Source of the DNA: Lama guanicoe
Taxonomy: Eukaryota
NCBI GenBank assembly: GCA_013239625.1
Contig: MU053934.1
Location: 1,791,031-1,855,030, forward strand
Length of the DNA: 64,000 nucleotides
Direction of reading: 5' to 3'
In this document: positions 26,446 to 39,396 of the stretch, piece by piece
Position numbering within the stretch: the stretch's first letter is position 1
Layout of the letters: every line of letters starts with the position of its first letter
The notes under the pieces: generated by a model
Told to the model about the DNA's origin: nothing
Databases searched by the model: none
What the model saw: the letters and a program-made list of their open reading frames with translations, nothing else
Position numbers and translations under genes: made by a program

Positions 26446-29400
26446 ATGACTGACTTTAAATGCCTGGTTCTTAGAGTCTGTGGAGCATCGTGATTGGGAT
26501 ACTGACCTCAGAACCTGTTTGTTGAATGTGTGGCCTTGGGCACATTATTTATTCCTCCAAGCCTCAGTTCTCTCACTAGGAAGACAGACTGACCTCAGGG
26601 AGTTATTAACAGGATTGACCTCCCCACACAGGGCCATTATCACCGAGCCCGTGGTAAGATCGGGAGAGAGAGCCATGGTCACTGTGTGTGATCCGGGGTT
26701 GCCATCAGAGCTCGGGCTGCAAATAAAGTCAAATGTCAACTGTGGTCTAATTAATATGACGTCTAGCTCTCAGCTCTTCCTTGCTGGAAGGCTCTCTCTT
26801 CTTCCCAGGGCTTTGTTTCTCGGTGCAAATCACAAGACGAGTCCACATCAGTAGGGAATGGCCACAGGTCATGTGAGCCAATCCTGGTTTTAAGAAATTC
26901 TAGGAGAGAAAGTTGGAGAGTCTATGCCGTTCGCATTCAGTGCTGGCAGGATTGTGACCTTAATTTCTTGCCTTCATAAAATAACCTAAGATCAGGTCCT
27001 GATGTCTGTTGTGGAGACACAAACTTGTTGTTAGAACCCTCCTTCTACTGTGTGCTCGCTGCCCCGTGGCAGCCTGAACATGGGCCAGCAGGTCAGATCT
27101 GGGGGGCCCGGGGGTCTTGTGTCCCCATGAGCAACATGTCACAGCGCCGATCATGGCAGGGAGGAGCAAGGGGCCCGCTCCCTCTCTCCCAGGAGACTTC
27201 TTGGTCTATCCACGAATCCTCTTGACCTCTAGCCCGCAACCCCAGTGCTCTGCGTAGCACATGACCAGATGTGAGCCTGGGTTGTTCTGTGTCAAGCTGA
27301 ACACGTGCCTTCTTTCCCATGGAATCTGAGAATCTGGAATGAGAATCTAGAACCTTCTAACTGATCATTAATGGCAGTTATTGCGTGCTGAAGAGGGTTA
27401 GAAGGGAGAGTTCAAAGGAGAATGTTTCAACCACAGAGCCATCTCAGTGTCTTGGCAGGAGAAGAGCCAGTCTGCTCCTCATGCTTTAAAGACTTTTAAA
27501 CAAGCTTAATTAAATATAAAAACGACCATGAATTTAAAAAAAAGAATCCAGAATCTCAGGCGGAAGGAGCATGGGGCACCCTGGCAGCCTGGCTTTGAAC
27601 CTGACCCTGCCAGCACGGCCACATTGCAGAATCCAGATCCACGGACAGAAAAGGCGCGGTCCCAGGGACCTGGAGGAGACTGTCTTGACCAATAAAGCCC
27701 CGTCTGCTGTGTGTGTTCGTCCACAGTCCCACACCAGCCAGCTCTTACTCTCTGTCTTCTCTCTCCTTGGCCCCATCTTCCTCCCTTGCCAGGTCCCATG
27801 AGCTTGCCCTCCTGCCTCAAAATATGCTTCCTCAAAAGGACGGAGTCTAGCACTCAGCCCCACCTGCTTTGCTCACGGAGAACAGGTGTGAACAGTTATT
27901 CTGGTGGATAACTTCCTCCATCTCACCCGATTGGAGCCATAAGGAATGTGAGCTGTGGAAGTTAGGTCACTTTGGGCCAACAAAGGTTCACTGAGCTAGG
28001 AGCTAATTGCCAAGGAGAGAGGATGACACAGAGGCAGATTCTGGCTGGGTGTCACCAAGCAATGGGTATAAAAATGGGAGAATTCCGTCTCATCGCCTCT
28101 GAAGCACAATCCCGTCTAAAAGCACTTCCTCCCCTTTGGCGAGGCCGGGCCCTCAAGGGAGAGCGAGGGAGAGACCAAATCTATTTTCTGTGGATGGCTT
28201 TTCTGAGGTCAAGGGCAATCTGAAAAAAAGCAGATCCACAGGGCTGGGGAGAGAATAAGGCTTGGATCCAAAGCGACAGTCAAGGACACAAAATAAGTGA
28301 GACTCTTCAATTTCTAAGATCTCAGAATCACAGAATCTGTTAGATTCCGAGGATCATAGAATCACAGCCAAGAAAAGGACCCTGGCTCATGCAATGGGAT
28401 TCCCTCTTTTTATAGATGGAAGGTGGGGGGAATCTGGCAGTTTCAGGGGCACCCACTACATTCCATAAAGCTGGGGGTCCACCCCATGGAAGACACTTCC
28501 TGTGGTGATGAGGTTACGGGGACCCCCTGCCAGCTAGAGCCCAACAGCCCAGTAATAGGGGGAGGAAGTGGCGTGTCTACAACCACTGCACGAAGGGAGC
28601 AGCACTGGGTCCGCTGGTCTCCAGGCAGACTCACGTGGCCTCTCGACTTTCATCCTTGGCCACAGCAATGCTTCCTGGAGCCACCCCCAGCAGTTCCTTG
28701 GATACATCAACAAAACCTCCAGCTGAGAAAACACCACCCAAGCCGAACAAGAGGGCAAGTTCTGATGCCGGAGGGATTGAACCTGCTGGGGTTATGAAAA
28801 GATGTTCTGTGGGCATCTTTCCCAAGTCGCAAGTCTGGAGAGGTAAGCAGACATCCTGAAATGGATTCTTCTGTTGGAGAAGAGTGGGTGGCTCAGCCAG
28901 GGTCCTGCAGACTCATGGGGCACCCAAATCCCACTCCCCACCCCCACCTCGGAGAATCTGCTGCTTGGGAAACAAGTTACTTTGCAAAATGTTATCCAGA
29001 TGGTCTATGGGCCAAATCAGCAGCAGCCAGCTCTTAGACCCCTGACCCTCTCGCAGAAGACAATAATCAGTTGACTTGTCTGAAAGTTTCCCCCACCTGC
29101 TATGGGGATCGTTTCTTTCTCTCTCCAACCTCGTGGCTCCTATGAGGATTTTCAGAAACAGCACATCGCTTTTGCTATGGTAGGAGGAATATTACCTGGG
29201 CTGGGGAATCAGACAATCATGTTCCTCTGACCACAGGGACAGTGGGACAGGAGACACAGGTTAACCCAGAGAGGTCTTCCCAAGGCACCTTCTTCCTGGA
29301 TCGGGTGGCGAAAACGCTCTTACATCTATAATCCAGGAACCAGAAAGAAAGAATGGTAACAGGCTGTGCTCTCTCTATCATGGAAACAGCCCACCTATAA

Positions 29401-31054
29401 TGGGACAGAATGAGGTTGGTACCCCAGGAGAAACTCAGAGTTTGGGGGAAAGGAGAGAGAGCACATGGGCACTGTAATGGGGTCCTGGTCTCACGACCTC
29501 TGGTTCCCGGAGCTGCCTGCACCCTGTAGATTTTCCTCTGATGCTGTGAGCTAGCCAGAAGCTCTAGAACACTCTCTCTGCAACCAACCCATTTCCCTGA
29601 AATCCAGAACAAACACACACACACATGTGCTTGTTATAATTATATCGTTTTCACGGAAACGATTTGGAAGCTCATATTGTATATGATACATTCAGGCACT
29701 TTCCACTCTGGGCCACATCATTGTCTCTTCCCACTAGCTGAGACCCACAACACTGATTTCGTGACACACCAAACTGTTAGGACCTGCAGTATAAAAACAA
29801 CCAAGCTGGGTCAGAAGCCCTCCATGGATCTGTTTTGGCCAAAGCTAGTTCAAGTTGGGTTTGTCACTTGCAACCCAAGAAAATGCTAACCAAATTCACC
29901 CCTGGCATGACTTTTGCTCCCAACCCCACCCCTGCCCAGGCTTCCACCAGGAGCTCAGTTTGCCAACTCATTTATTCATTCGTCCATGGAAAGAATCCAC
30001 CTTGGGTTCTCACCCCAACTCTAGCCCGAGTGGCGCCAGATCTCAGGTAAGGTACTCCAGCCCACGTGCCTCAGTTTTAGCAACTACAAATTAGGCTATG
30101 TCCCCTGCCTCTTAGAAGGACCATGGGGATCCAATGAGACCCTGTGTGAAACTCTCCCAGACAGGGTTCTGCGGGTGACGGATGTTCTGCACGTGGCAGT
30201 TCCCATCCTCTTCCCCCACGATCTCAAGCATCTTCGGTTTTAATTTGAATTTAGAGGAGAGGGACCACTCCTTCAAGAGGCTCGCAAATCTTCCACCAAA
30301 GTTGAGTCCTGTTGAAAATGGTGACGGTGGGGAGAGTCCTTGCTGACATTTTTTTCCCACTGTCAAGGTAAAAGCCTGTGATCCTTACGAAAGCCCTGGG
30401 AAGTGGGTGAGAAGATGCTGGAGGATTATTCGGACAGGCAGCAAGGGTCAGTAACCCAGGGGTCCCGGGGCCAAGTCCAGGGCTCCTCCCTCCCCTGTGA
30501 CTGCTGCTTCCCTGCCCTGCTGTGGGCTGGACTCTGTTTCCAGGCAAAGCGCTGGGGGCAGGGATGGAACTTTGGCTACATTTGGCAAACTGTGCTCTCG
30601 GGCAGCGTTTACTCAAACTATCCTCAGTGCTGTAGCCAGGGAGAAGGGCAGTGATTCCTGGAATCCAAGGGTTTCAGGGTCAGAGTGTTCCCTGGGTGTT
30701 CTCCATCCATCACGATGGTCACCGCCCCAGCTAGGTTTCTGCAGTGTTGCTGCCAAAGGATCACAGGACACCTTTCGGGCTCATGAATGTCGGAGTTATG
30801 GTTTGGGATTATTATAACCACAGGCCTAAGTGGCCTGCTCTGAGCCACCCAGCCGGATTCAAGTGCACTGACTTCCCTGCCCCGGATCGGAGGAGCAGGT
30901 CAGTAGCTCGGCTGGGCCGCCAGCCCCAGCAGCTCGGGGAGGGAGGGCGCCCTCGTGTGCAGCTTGGGCCCCCGTCTAACTGGGGACCTCGGAGATCAAA
31001 GAGCCCTGTGTCCTATGGGATAGCCACATAATGTCCAGGGACACAGTGGGCCGG

Positions 31055-31495
31055 TGTCATGGGTGGTAAAAGAATTTACCAAAGATAAAGAATGAACATA
31101 GAGAAGGAGTTTATTATGGTACACTGCCATAGGCAACAGGGGGCCACACAGACTAGAGGTGCCTGTGCGAGCACCAAGGGCTGGTTATCGGGGCTTTTAT
31201 AAAGTCGGGTCACAAGGTGCCAGACTGGCTTGTGCACAAGTCTCTGATTGGTTGCTGGTGAGGGAAGAAGATCAGGGTCCGTGAAGGGCGGTGGGGTTTA
31301 TGACTGATGAGGTGGGCTGAAACAAGCCAGCCCGAGCTGCTGTGAGGTTAGACATTCCCTAGGGCTACTAGTTTGTTAGGCCAAACAAGCCCAGTAAAGA
31401 ATGTACTTTATCTTTTGAGGAATCCTGGGCAGACATCTGACAGCCCAGGAATAGGCCTTTGTTGGACTTTGAAGGATGTCAGTTGGCCCCACACA
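31055..31495 (-). mobile_element. Probable ERV solo LTR
   Basis: TG...CA-type ends; on the minus strand CCAAT (ctgattgg), TATA-like (ttttataa) and AATAAA (tttatt) occur in LTR order. Confidence 0.55.
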
Positions 31496-31499
31496 TCAC

Positions 31500-32890
31500 A
31501 TCTTCCATCTTCCCCATTTCTAAGCATACAGTGTGGTGGCATTAAGTACACTCACATTGTGGGTTCATCCACAGAACTCTCTTCATCTTGCAAAACTGAA
31601 ACCGCCCTCAGTAAACAACAGCTTCCCTTCCCCTCCTCCCCAGCAGCCCCTGGTAACCAGCATTTCTACTTGTCTCTATGCGTCTGACCACCCGAGGGAC
31701 CTCATGTTAAGTGGAATTGCACAGTATTCATCCTTTTGCAACTTGCTTAGTTCACTGAGTGTAGTGTTTCCAAGGTTCGTCCGTGTGGTAGCTCTTGTCA
31801 GAATTCCCTTCCGTTTTAAAAGTTGAACACTATTCAAATGTATGTATATATTGCAGTTTGTTTCTCCAAGTTCGTGTGCCTGATGTACATTGAGGCCAAA
31901 CAAACTGAAACGCTGGAGCAGAGGAAGACTTATTGCAGGGCTGAGAAGGAGGACAGGGGGCTCGTGTTCAAAACCCCCAAACTCCCTGATGGTTTTCGGG
32001 GAAGAGTTTTATAGGCGCAGTTTGGTGGGAGGGCTGTGGGATTTGTGATCTTCCTCTGATTGGCTGGTGGGGCGGTAACAGGGTGATGTTCCAGGAATCT
32101 CAGTCATCAGCCTTCTGGTCCCAGCCAGTCTGGGCTCCACATGCTTGTGCTCAGCCTGAAGTCACCATCCTCCACCTGGGTGGGGGCCCAGCTCCTGTAG
32201 AACTCAGAGAGCTGTGTCAGACTGTGGTACAGGGACAGGAGGAGGAGCTGGGACCCTGCTTTATCGCCGCACGGTTGTTTCCTGACTGCTTGTCCCTTTG
32301 TTCCGCGTGCCTGCATTCCCGTTAGTGACTGTATGAATCTGCCTTTGGAACTCAGGGAAGGTCTAGGAGGCTGAAGCCTTTTTCCTACAAAAAACTGAGG
32401 ACACAGAAAGGCTTTTGTACCAGGGAGGGCCCCGTAAGGTCCTGCTCTGTTTCAGTCCCCCCTTTTCTTTGATACTGCTCCATCTTGAGGAGGAACAGGT
32501 GCCGGCAAGAAAGGGAATAGAGTTCTGGCGAGAACGGTTATTCAGAAATTCAGCAGAGGATCTATTTGTGGGGGAACTCGGTTTCACGTGGACACTTGGG
32601 TTGCTTTCCACCTTTTGGCTGTTGTGAATCATGCTGCTATGAACATGGCTGTACAAATACCTCTGAGCGCCGGCTTTCAATTCTTTTGGGTATATTCCCA
32701 GAAGAGGAATTGCTGGATCGAATGTTAATTCTCTTTTCAGTTTTTTGTGGAGCCTCCATATTGTTCTCCACAGCAGCTGGACCATTTTACATTCCCACCA
32801 GCAATGCACAAGTGTTCTGATTTCTCCAAATCCTTGCCAACACTTATTTTGTCTATTTTAAAAATAATTGCTATTCTCATGGGTGTGCAG
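31500..32890 (-). mobile_element. L1 (L1MB-like) 3' region interrupted by an ERV1-type LTR
   Basis: L1 motifs cattaagtacactcacattgt, ggacacttgggttgctttccacc, cattttacattcccaccagcaatg; ORF 32363-32809 begins with L1 ORF2 C-terminal-like MHCWWECKMVQ. Confidence 0.85.
31865..32586 (-). mobile_element. ERV1-type LTR with an internal polypurine tract and two TGAAAC starts
   Basis: Minus-strand TGAAAC at 32586 and at 32454; AAAGAAAAGGGGGGAC immediately precedes the inner one; CCAAT and TATA-like signals follow. Confidence 0.75.
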
Positions 32891-33667
32891 TGTTGGGGGC
32901 CAAGCCCTCCCCCTGCTCTTCCCCAGGAACTGAGACCCTAGAGACTGCCTCAGGCTGGGGAAGGATGCTATTTTGCACAAGCTGGTCCGGATGTCATTTC
33001 TTCCAATAACCAGAACACATGAGCCCAGAAACCAATGGGTGGGGTAGGAATGCCACTTCTTAAAATTATACCACATGCCCTCCAATTTTGTTTTCCCATT
33101 CCATGACTTGAGGTTCTAGAATGGTTAGCTTAGGATCCCCCACCGCCATGAAAAAAAAATAAACCTTCCACCAGCTCACCCAGTTCACCTAGTAATTATA
33201 AAATTGGGAGCTGAAAATGTCCACTGGCCTTTAAAAAAACAACACAGCTCCGTTGAGATAAATTCACATACCATACAATTAAAATGAACAAGTCAGTGGT
33301 GTTTAGTATAGTCACAGAGGTGAGCGATCATCACACTAATTCCAGAACATTGTCATCACCCACTAAAAGAAACCCCACACCCATGAGCAGCCACTCCCCA
33401 TTCCTCCTTCCCCCAGCCCCCAGCAGCCACCGATCCACTTTCTGTGTCTGCACATTTGCCTCTTCTAAACATTTCATACAGATGGAGTCACACACTGATG
33501 TGGGCCAAGGATGAGATGCAGTGGACACCTGTTGCTTTTCCTTGCCCCAAATCCTCTCTCTGCCTTTTCTGGGATCAGCACCCTTTTGTTTGAGTAACTG
33601 CCTCTCCTCCACCCTGTGTGGTTCTCATGGGCGTGCTAACCAACAAACCCCTTTATACCCACCACCC

Positions 33668-33998
33668 TGTTATGATTTGAATGATCGTATCCTGCCCCAA
33701 ATTTGCATGTTGGAATCTTGCTTCTGATGTGAGGTCATTAGCAAGTGGGGCCTTAGGTTATTAGGTCACGAGGATGGAGCCCTCAGAAATGGGATTAGTG
33801 ACCTTATAGAGGAGATCCCACAGGGCTCCCTGGCCCCTTCCACCAGGCAAGGACACAGTGAGAAGTCAGCCCTCACCAGAAGCTGACCACGCTGGCCACC
33901 TGACCTCAGACTTCAAGCCTCCAGAACTGTGAGCAAATGTTGTTTATAAGCCACTCAGTCTGTGGCATTTAGTTCTAGCAGCCCAAACGGACTACGAC
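33668..33998 (+). mobile_element. MLT1 (MaLR) LTR
   Basis: tgttatgatttgaatg...ggagccctcagaaatgggattagtgaccttata...gcctccagaactgtgag...agcagcccaaacggactacgaca. Confidence 0.85.
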
Positions 33999-35204
33999 AC
34001 ACTCCAAAACACAGGGGTGGTCATGTGTCCTCAGCTGGGCCAATCAGATTCCTTGGCAGGAATCAGAAGTAGACGAGAGGGACAGATGGCCGAGTCACCT
34101 GAGGGAGCAGCCTCGGGAGTCGGCCCTGAGCTCCTGACAACGGCCAGGCTGCCTGCTTCCTGTCCTTTCCCAGCCCTGCTTGTTCAGCTGTGCCTTCCAG
34201 GCTGGAGTGGCCCCAGAGGCCTTCCAAACAATCCTCAAGTTTAAATGAGCCCAAGAATCCATTTCTATCACTTGCAGTTCGAAGGACTTAATAAAATCAC
34301 ACCTCCGGGCAGCCCAAGGTGTGTGATCATCGACTACCTAATTCTTCCGCAACAATGATTGTGGCCAGGCCTGGGCCAGGGCAGGGTAACCGGGAACTTC
34401 TAACTTCCTGCAGTCAGGCTGATTAGAAGGATTGGCACTACCCTTCGTATTTAGATTACAGAAGTGAAAATGTTGTTTGTTTGTTTGTTGCCTTGCTTGT
34501 TTGTTAACAGTAGAAATGCTCTAAGCCTTTGACATGTGTAACCAGGATACTTTTGAAATCCCTCCCACTGTATAGTTCCCTTTATTGGTAAATTGCTCCC
34601 CCAACCCTGACCCCATTCACCAGTGACTACACCTTGGTGCTCACTCTCCCCAGGGATAAGAACAGAGGACGTCCTCAGGGTATGGGAGGGTGGAGGTGGG
34701 AGAGGAAGCAGCCTTCCAGGATTGGGAGAGAAACAGGCAGAGAAAGAAGTCAGCTGCAGCTTCTCCCCATCATGGCCAACTCTGTGGTGAAGATGGGATA
34801 AAAACTCCCTGTTGGGGCAGGAGGCAGCCAGAGCAGCATGGTTGTGGGCAGGGGCAGGAGAGGCGTCCTCAGAGAGGAGAAGACGTGTGGTTGTTTAGGT
34901 GGAGAGAGGGGCTGAGACACGCCTCCCTCCCCTGCCTGAGTCCAGCCCTCCCTCTGCTCTCTGCAGTGCCCCAGGGCCTGAGTCAGGAGATAGACTGAGG
35001 GCTGAGGGTCAGGGGGCTTCACAGAGACATGGGCATGTTCCCAGGGCAGGCTAGGTACTGGTGCTGGTGCTGGAAAGGTGGACCCATGCAGCCAAGGTAG
35101 CACCTCCGAGCCAGCAGAGAGACACCAGGGGACGTTTCACCAGGAGGAGGCAGAGGGCAGCGGGCAGCCAGCAGGAGGGTGGGGCAAAGGAGGCCAGCCT
35201 CAGG

Positions 35205-35569
35205 GAGAGAAGAAGCTCTGGTTAAATGGAGTCACTTGTGCTAAACCCACAACAGCAAAGCAAGACTTAGAACTTAACCTAACTGGGGCTCCAACCGCCC
35301 AAGAATGCAGCCTGGAATCAGTCAGCCTGGTGGCCAGCACTGGTGGGGTGATTCCGTTCCCCTGAGGAGGTGACCTTGCCTGAAACAAGGCTCTCTTTGC
35401 TAATTATTTCCTTTTCCTTCCCCTTTCCACGTTTACGAGCCTTTCCTTTCCTGCAGCTCAACGAGCCCCTTTCTACTTGCTGGATGGGAGGCTGCCCAAT
35501 TCATGAACTGTCTGAATAAAGCCAGCTTGGCCCTTTACACTTACTCAGCTGAATTTTTGGTTTTTAACA
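35205..35569 (+). mobile_element. ERV1-type LTR (MER34-like)
   Basis: aaatggagtcacttgtgctaaaccc...aataaagcc...ttttggtttttaaca terminus. Confidence 0.6.
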
Positions 35570-35659
35570 TCCTGATAGAAAATGTGGGCCTGAATTTGCC
35601 TGACACTCTCTTGCAAATGACTGACCTTGAAACCATGCCCCATAAAGTTGAAAAACACA

Positions 35660-35812
35660 TCCTGATAAATTGGGAATTTGACATTAACACATACACATGA
35701 CTATATATAAAACAGATAAACAAGGACCTATTGTACAGCACAGGGGACTGTATTCAATACCTTGTAATAACATATAACAAAAAGAATCTGAAAAAGAATA
35801 TATGTATATAAA
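35660..35812 (+). mobile_element. L1 3' UTR fragment (cetartiodactyl type)
   Basis: aaacagataaacaaggaccta.tgtacagcacagggga.t.tattcaatacc...aagaatctgaaaaagaatata. Confidence 0.85.
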
Positions 35813-35819
35813 CCCATCC

Positions 35820-36437
35820 TGAAACCGTGTCCCATAGGGTTAACAGAAACTGGTGACTAACAGAGATTCTTTAGCTGGAGTTACGGAACAGCAGGTAAGG
35901 GAACAACTTGTTAAAAACTCCTCCGCTTGGAGCCTGCCTTCACTGACCAGGCTCGCCTTAATTATTTCTTGGCTCTTTACCTACCTACCCCTTTAGATAA
36001 CTCTGACCTATGGTCACTATAGGAACAGGGGGAGGATGGGCTTAAGCCGTTTTCCAGGAACGCGGAGGTGGCTCCTGTCCAGTTCAAGCCGCTAAGGTTG
36101 GTTGCGACCACCGACCCGAACGCTGGGCCTGCGCAGGCGTCCAGTGAATGACCGTTTGACATCAGATGGCCGAAAACTGCACCCTCGGAGCCTCCGCCTT
36201 TGAACGCGCAGCCCGTCAAGAAGCACGTGACTTGGTGCGCCTGCGCAGATCCCTGATGCCCTCACCTTTCCCCACGCCTAAGACCACCCTGCTTCTGTAG
36301 CCCATAAATATCTCAAGCCCCTCGCCTTCAGGGAGGCAGAGCTGAGATTTGTTCCATCTCCTCCTCACTTGACTGCCTTGTGAATAAACTCTTTGCTGCA
36401 AATCTCGACACGGGGCAAACGAATTTGGTTTGGCAAC
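35820..36437 (+). mobile_element. ERV LTR, relatively CpG-rich
   Basis: Starts TGAAAC; TATA-like CATAAATA near 36303; AATAAA near 36383; ends gggcaaacgaatttggtttggcaac. Confidence 0.75.
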
Positions 36438-37407
36438 TTTACCTGAAAGACTGTGTTTTACCTGCCGAGAGATTGAGGTGCCTTAAAGCAAGGTATTTTT
36501 TGTTTGTTTGTTTTTTTCTTTTCAGCAGGTGGGGGCCCTGGGGGAGGAAGGTTGGATGTGTTTTAGGAAATGAAGCATCTCCACCTTCGAGCTCACCTGG
36601 GTTGCAGGGCTTCGGCTTTTCTGTCTGACCACTCATGCTGGTTTCCCGCAGGTGACAGATGACTTGCTCGTGCAGCATCTCTTGGGGCTATTTGTAAGAG
36701 CTGCTGCAGTAAGCACCCCCCAGCCCAACAGCTGGCCACTTCCTGAGCTACCAGCACTGAGGAGAGGCCACAACATCTGGTGTATTGTCAGAAAAAAACA
36801 GCAGGGGCCCCAGAGGGCTCAGCTGCCCCAGCTAGCCACCTCAACCCCTAGGAAAGCCTCTGTTCAGAGCATCCCAGGGTGCGGGAGGCTAGGGCACCAG
36901 AGCTGTAAAGTCCCCTGCGAGTCCCAGCTCAGGGCCCCCCAGCCTCCGAACTGCCCACTGGGCCCAGAGAACAGCAACCAGCTCCCACCCTGCAGACCAA
37001 GCCTGGCTGGGTGGGCGCGCGCCTCCCACCAAGCAACAGCCCCCAGCGTGGCCTCAGGGAGGTCTGGGGAGAGGGCCTGGGCCCTCTGGGCATGTAAACC
37101 ACACAGCCCCTAATCCCAGCTTGCACACACACGGAGGCACACATCTCAGCCCGGGACTCCATCAGAGGCTCATGCCCACAGCCATGGGAGGCTAGGACTG
37201 GGGCTGCCATTTCGCAGCTGTGTGACCATGAGCCAGCCACTCACCCTTTCAAGAGCTCAGTTTCCTCATCTGTAAAATGGGAGAGTCAGGACCACAATTC
37301 TGTGTCTCAACTCACTGGGGCCAGATTGGTTTTCAGATTTTCCAGTTTTGTGGCTTTTTAGAAAGGTGCAGACATTATATACCACTCAGCACCGCCAGAA
37401 GCCCTCT

Positions 37408-38356
37408 TGTGGTATAAACCCTAAAGTTGGGGTGGGGGCTTGTTGTTGTCTGTAATGCAGTTGTCGGACTGGAGCTTTGATTGCCAAGGCATGCAGTTCA
37501 AAGATGGTGATCTCCAACGAGCACCCCCTCAGCCACAGGGCCAAAGAGCCAGGCCCCTCCCCAACTGAGTCTCCTTGGTTTTAGAGATCTTGGTTGACTT
37601 CAATCACGGACCATTTGGGTCACTTGTTTTCTCTCTTCCTGCACTTTAAATTCTCGCTGTCAGGTTTTAAATTCACCAGTAAAGTGTGAGCCCTCGAAAC
37701 CCTAGGCCCCTACCCTCAACCCCCATAAAAGCAGAACCCCAGGCCCTCTTGCTGGTTTCCTCTGTCTCTTTCCCTCCCCTCGCCCCACCCCCATGTGTGG
37801 CCCAGATGTGCCACATCACTTCCAGGTCCTGTAAGTAATAAACCTTTATTTAATTAATTAACTAATTTAGAATTGTTATTTTCTTTTATATAATTTCCAA
37901 GTTCTGTAACTAATAAACCTTTTTCTTTTTTTACTTTGAAAAAGGTACATTTATTGAAGAAAGATACACTTTTTTGGCATAAAAAATGTTAAAGCTGCAA
38001 TTATAGACTCAAATATTTGGCAGCAGATTCATCTTTTAATTAAAAAAATTTTATTAAAGTATAGTCAATTTACAATGTTTCAGGTGTACAGTAAAGTGAT
38101 TAAGTTATATATATTATATATATAAAAATAATTTTTCAGACTCTTTTCCATTATAGGTTATTATAGGATATTGAATATAGTTCCCTGTACTGTACAGTAG
38201 GTCCTTGTTTTTTATATATAATTGTGTGTATCTGTTAAACCTAATTCCCAATGTATCCCTCCCCCCAAACCTTTATTTATTTTTAAGTTTTCTGATGGTT
38301 ATTGCTGATGATTATTAATCCCAATGAGAACCACAGGGGCTGGTCCAACCACAACA
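37408..38356 (+). mobile_element. ERV LTR interrupted by an antisense L1 insertion
   Basis: TGTGG start, CATAAAA, AATAAA, ...ccacaaca end; L1 3' end occupies ~37920-38266. Confidence 0.65.
37920..38266 (-). mobile_element. 5'-truncated L1 with 3'-transduced flank
   Basis: L1 3' UTR 38266-38045, then ~110 nt non-L1 sequence with AATAAA (37955-37950), A tail (37932-37920), TSD AAACCTTT (37915-37922 / 38267-38274). Confidence 0.75.
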
Positions 38357-38822
38357 CTGGCTGTCGATAGGCTGAGACCTACCCTAAACACCGTCCTTGG
38401 TCAAACACTATTCATGTTTCTGCAGAGAAGCTATGAATATGCAAATGAAGGGGAATACATCAAAACTATACACTTGCACCACTTCGGGTCAGGTTCTACC
38501 AGCGAGTGAATTATGAAAAAACGTTTCTGTTTTCAGAGACTTTCGCATTTTGCAGTTACAGAAAAGAGCTATTTGACTTTAACGTCACCCACCTTGCAGG
38601 GCGGGATGCCAGTGCTCGTGGCAGGACCGGTGATGAATTTGTTGGATGCCCATTCCACGCCAGGCGTTGCCTCCCTCACTCCTGGGCTCTTCATGATAGT
38701 TTCTTCACCACAAGGGCTAGTTTAATACTCATTTCACAGATAGGGGGTGGAGGCCAAGGGCAGTCACGGTGATACCACTCAACTTCAGAGTCCTTGCATG
38801 ATGTAACCACACTGGTTCTGCC

Positions 38823-39299
38823 CGTTGACTGAAATAAATGCGCAGCCTAAAACTTGAGAGTTGTTTTATTTGGCGGGAAGACTTGAGCCGGGATGACAGC
38901 CTCCCAGATCTCTCTGAGGGGCTGCTCCGAAGAGGTAGGGGAGGAGCTAGGATATATAGGAGCTTTACAACAAAGACCAGGTGGTTGGAACAATAAAAGA
39001 TTTCTTGTCATCTAAAGAAAACCAGGCATCTCAAGTTAAAGAATTTAGTGCTCTTTTATGTATGGGAGGGAGCAAACATTTGGGCTCATTGAATTCATTC
39101 CTTTGACAAGCATCTAGCCATCTAGGGCCAGTATCCTGTCCTTTCTTATTCCGAGTCCCCTCAGAGTGCACCTCTGTGAGTGGCTGCAGAGGCCGGGCTG
39201 CAGGCTTGTCTTCACTGGGGGGTGGCGGCAGCCGCTGATGCCTTGATGGTTTCAGCATTCTTTGTTTACTGATACGGTTTGCAGTATTTCTCGTTCATA
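38823..39299 (-). mobile_element. ERV1-type solo LTR
   Basis: Exact 4-bp TSD TGCC (38819-38822 / 39300-39303); minus-strand TATA (cctatata) and AATAAA; termini are mutated TG..CA. Confidence 0.85.
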
Positions 39300-39396
39300 T
39301 GCCCTTTGCACAGCTGGGACAGGAAGAGGTGACCCAGGCCTGGCTCGGAGTCAGCCGTCCGCTTCACTGCACATCTGTAAGCAAGAGACCAAAAAA

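Noticed and set aside
32363..32809. 148-aa ORF beginning MHCWWECKMVQ
   Set aside because: Chimeric read of a degraded L1 ORF2 C-terminus running into an LTR.
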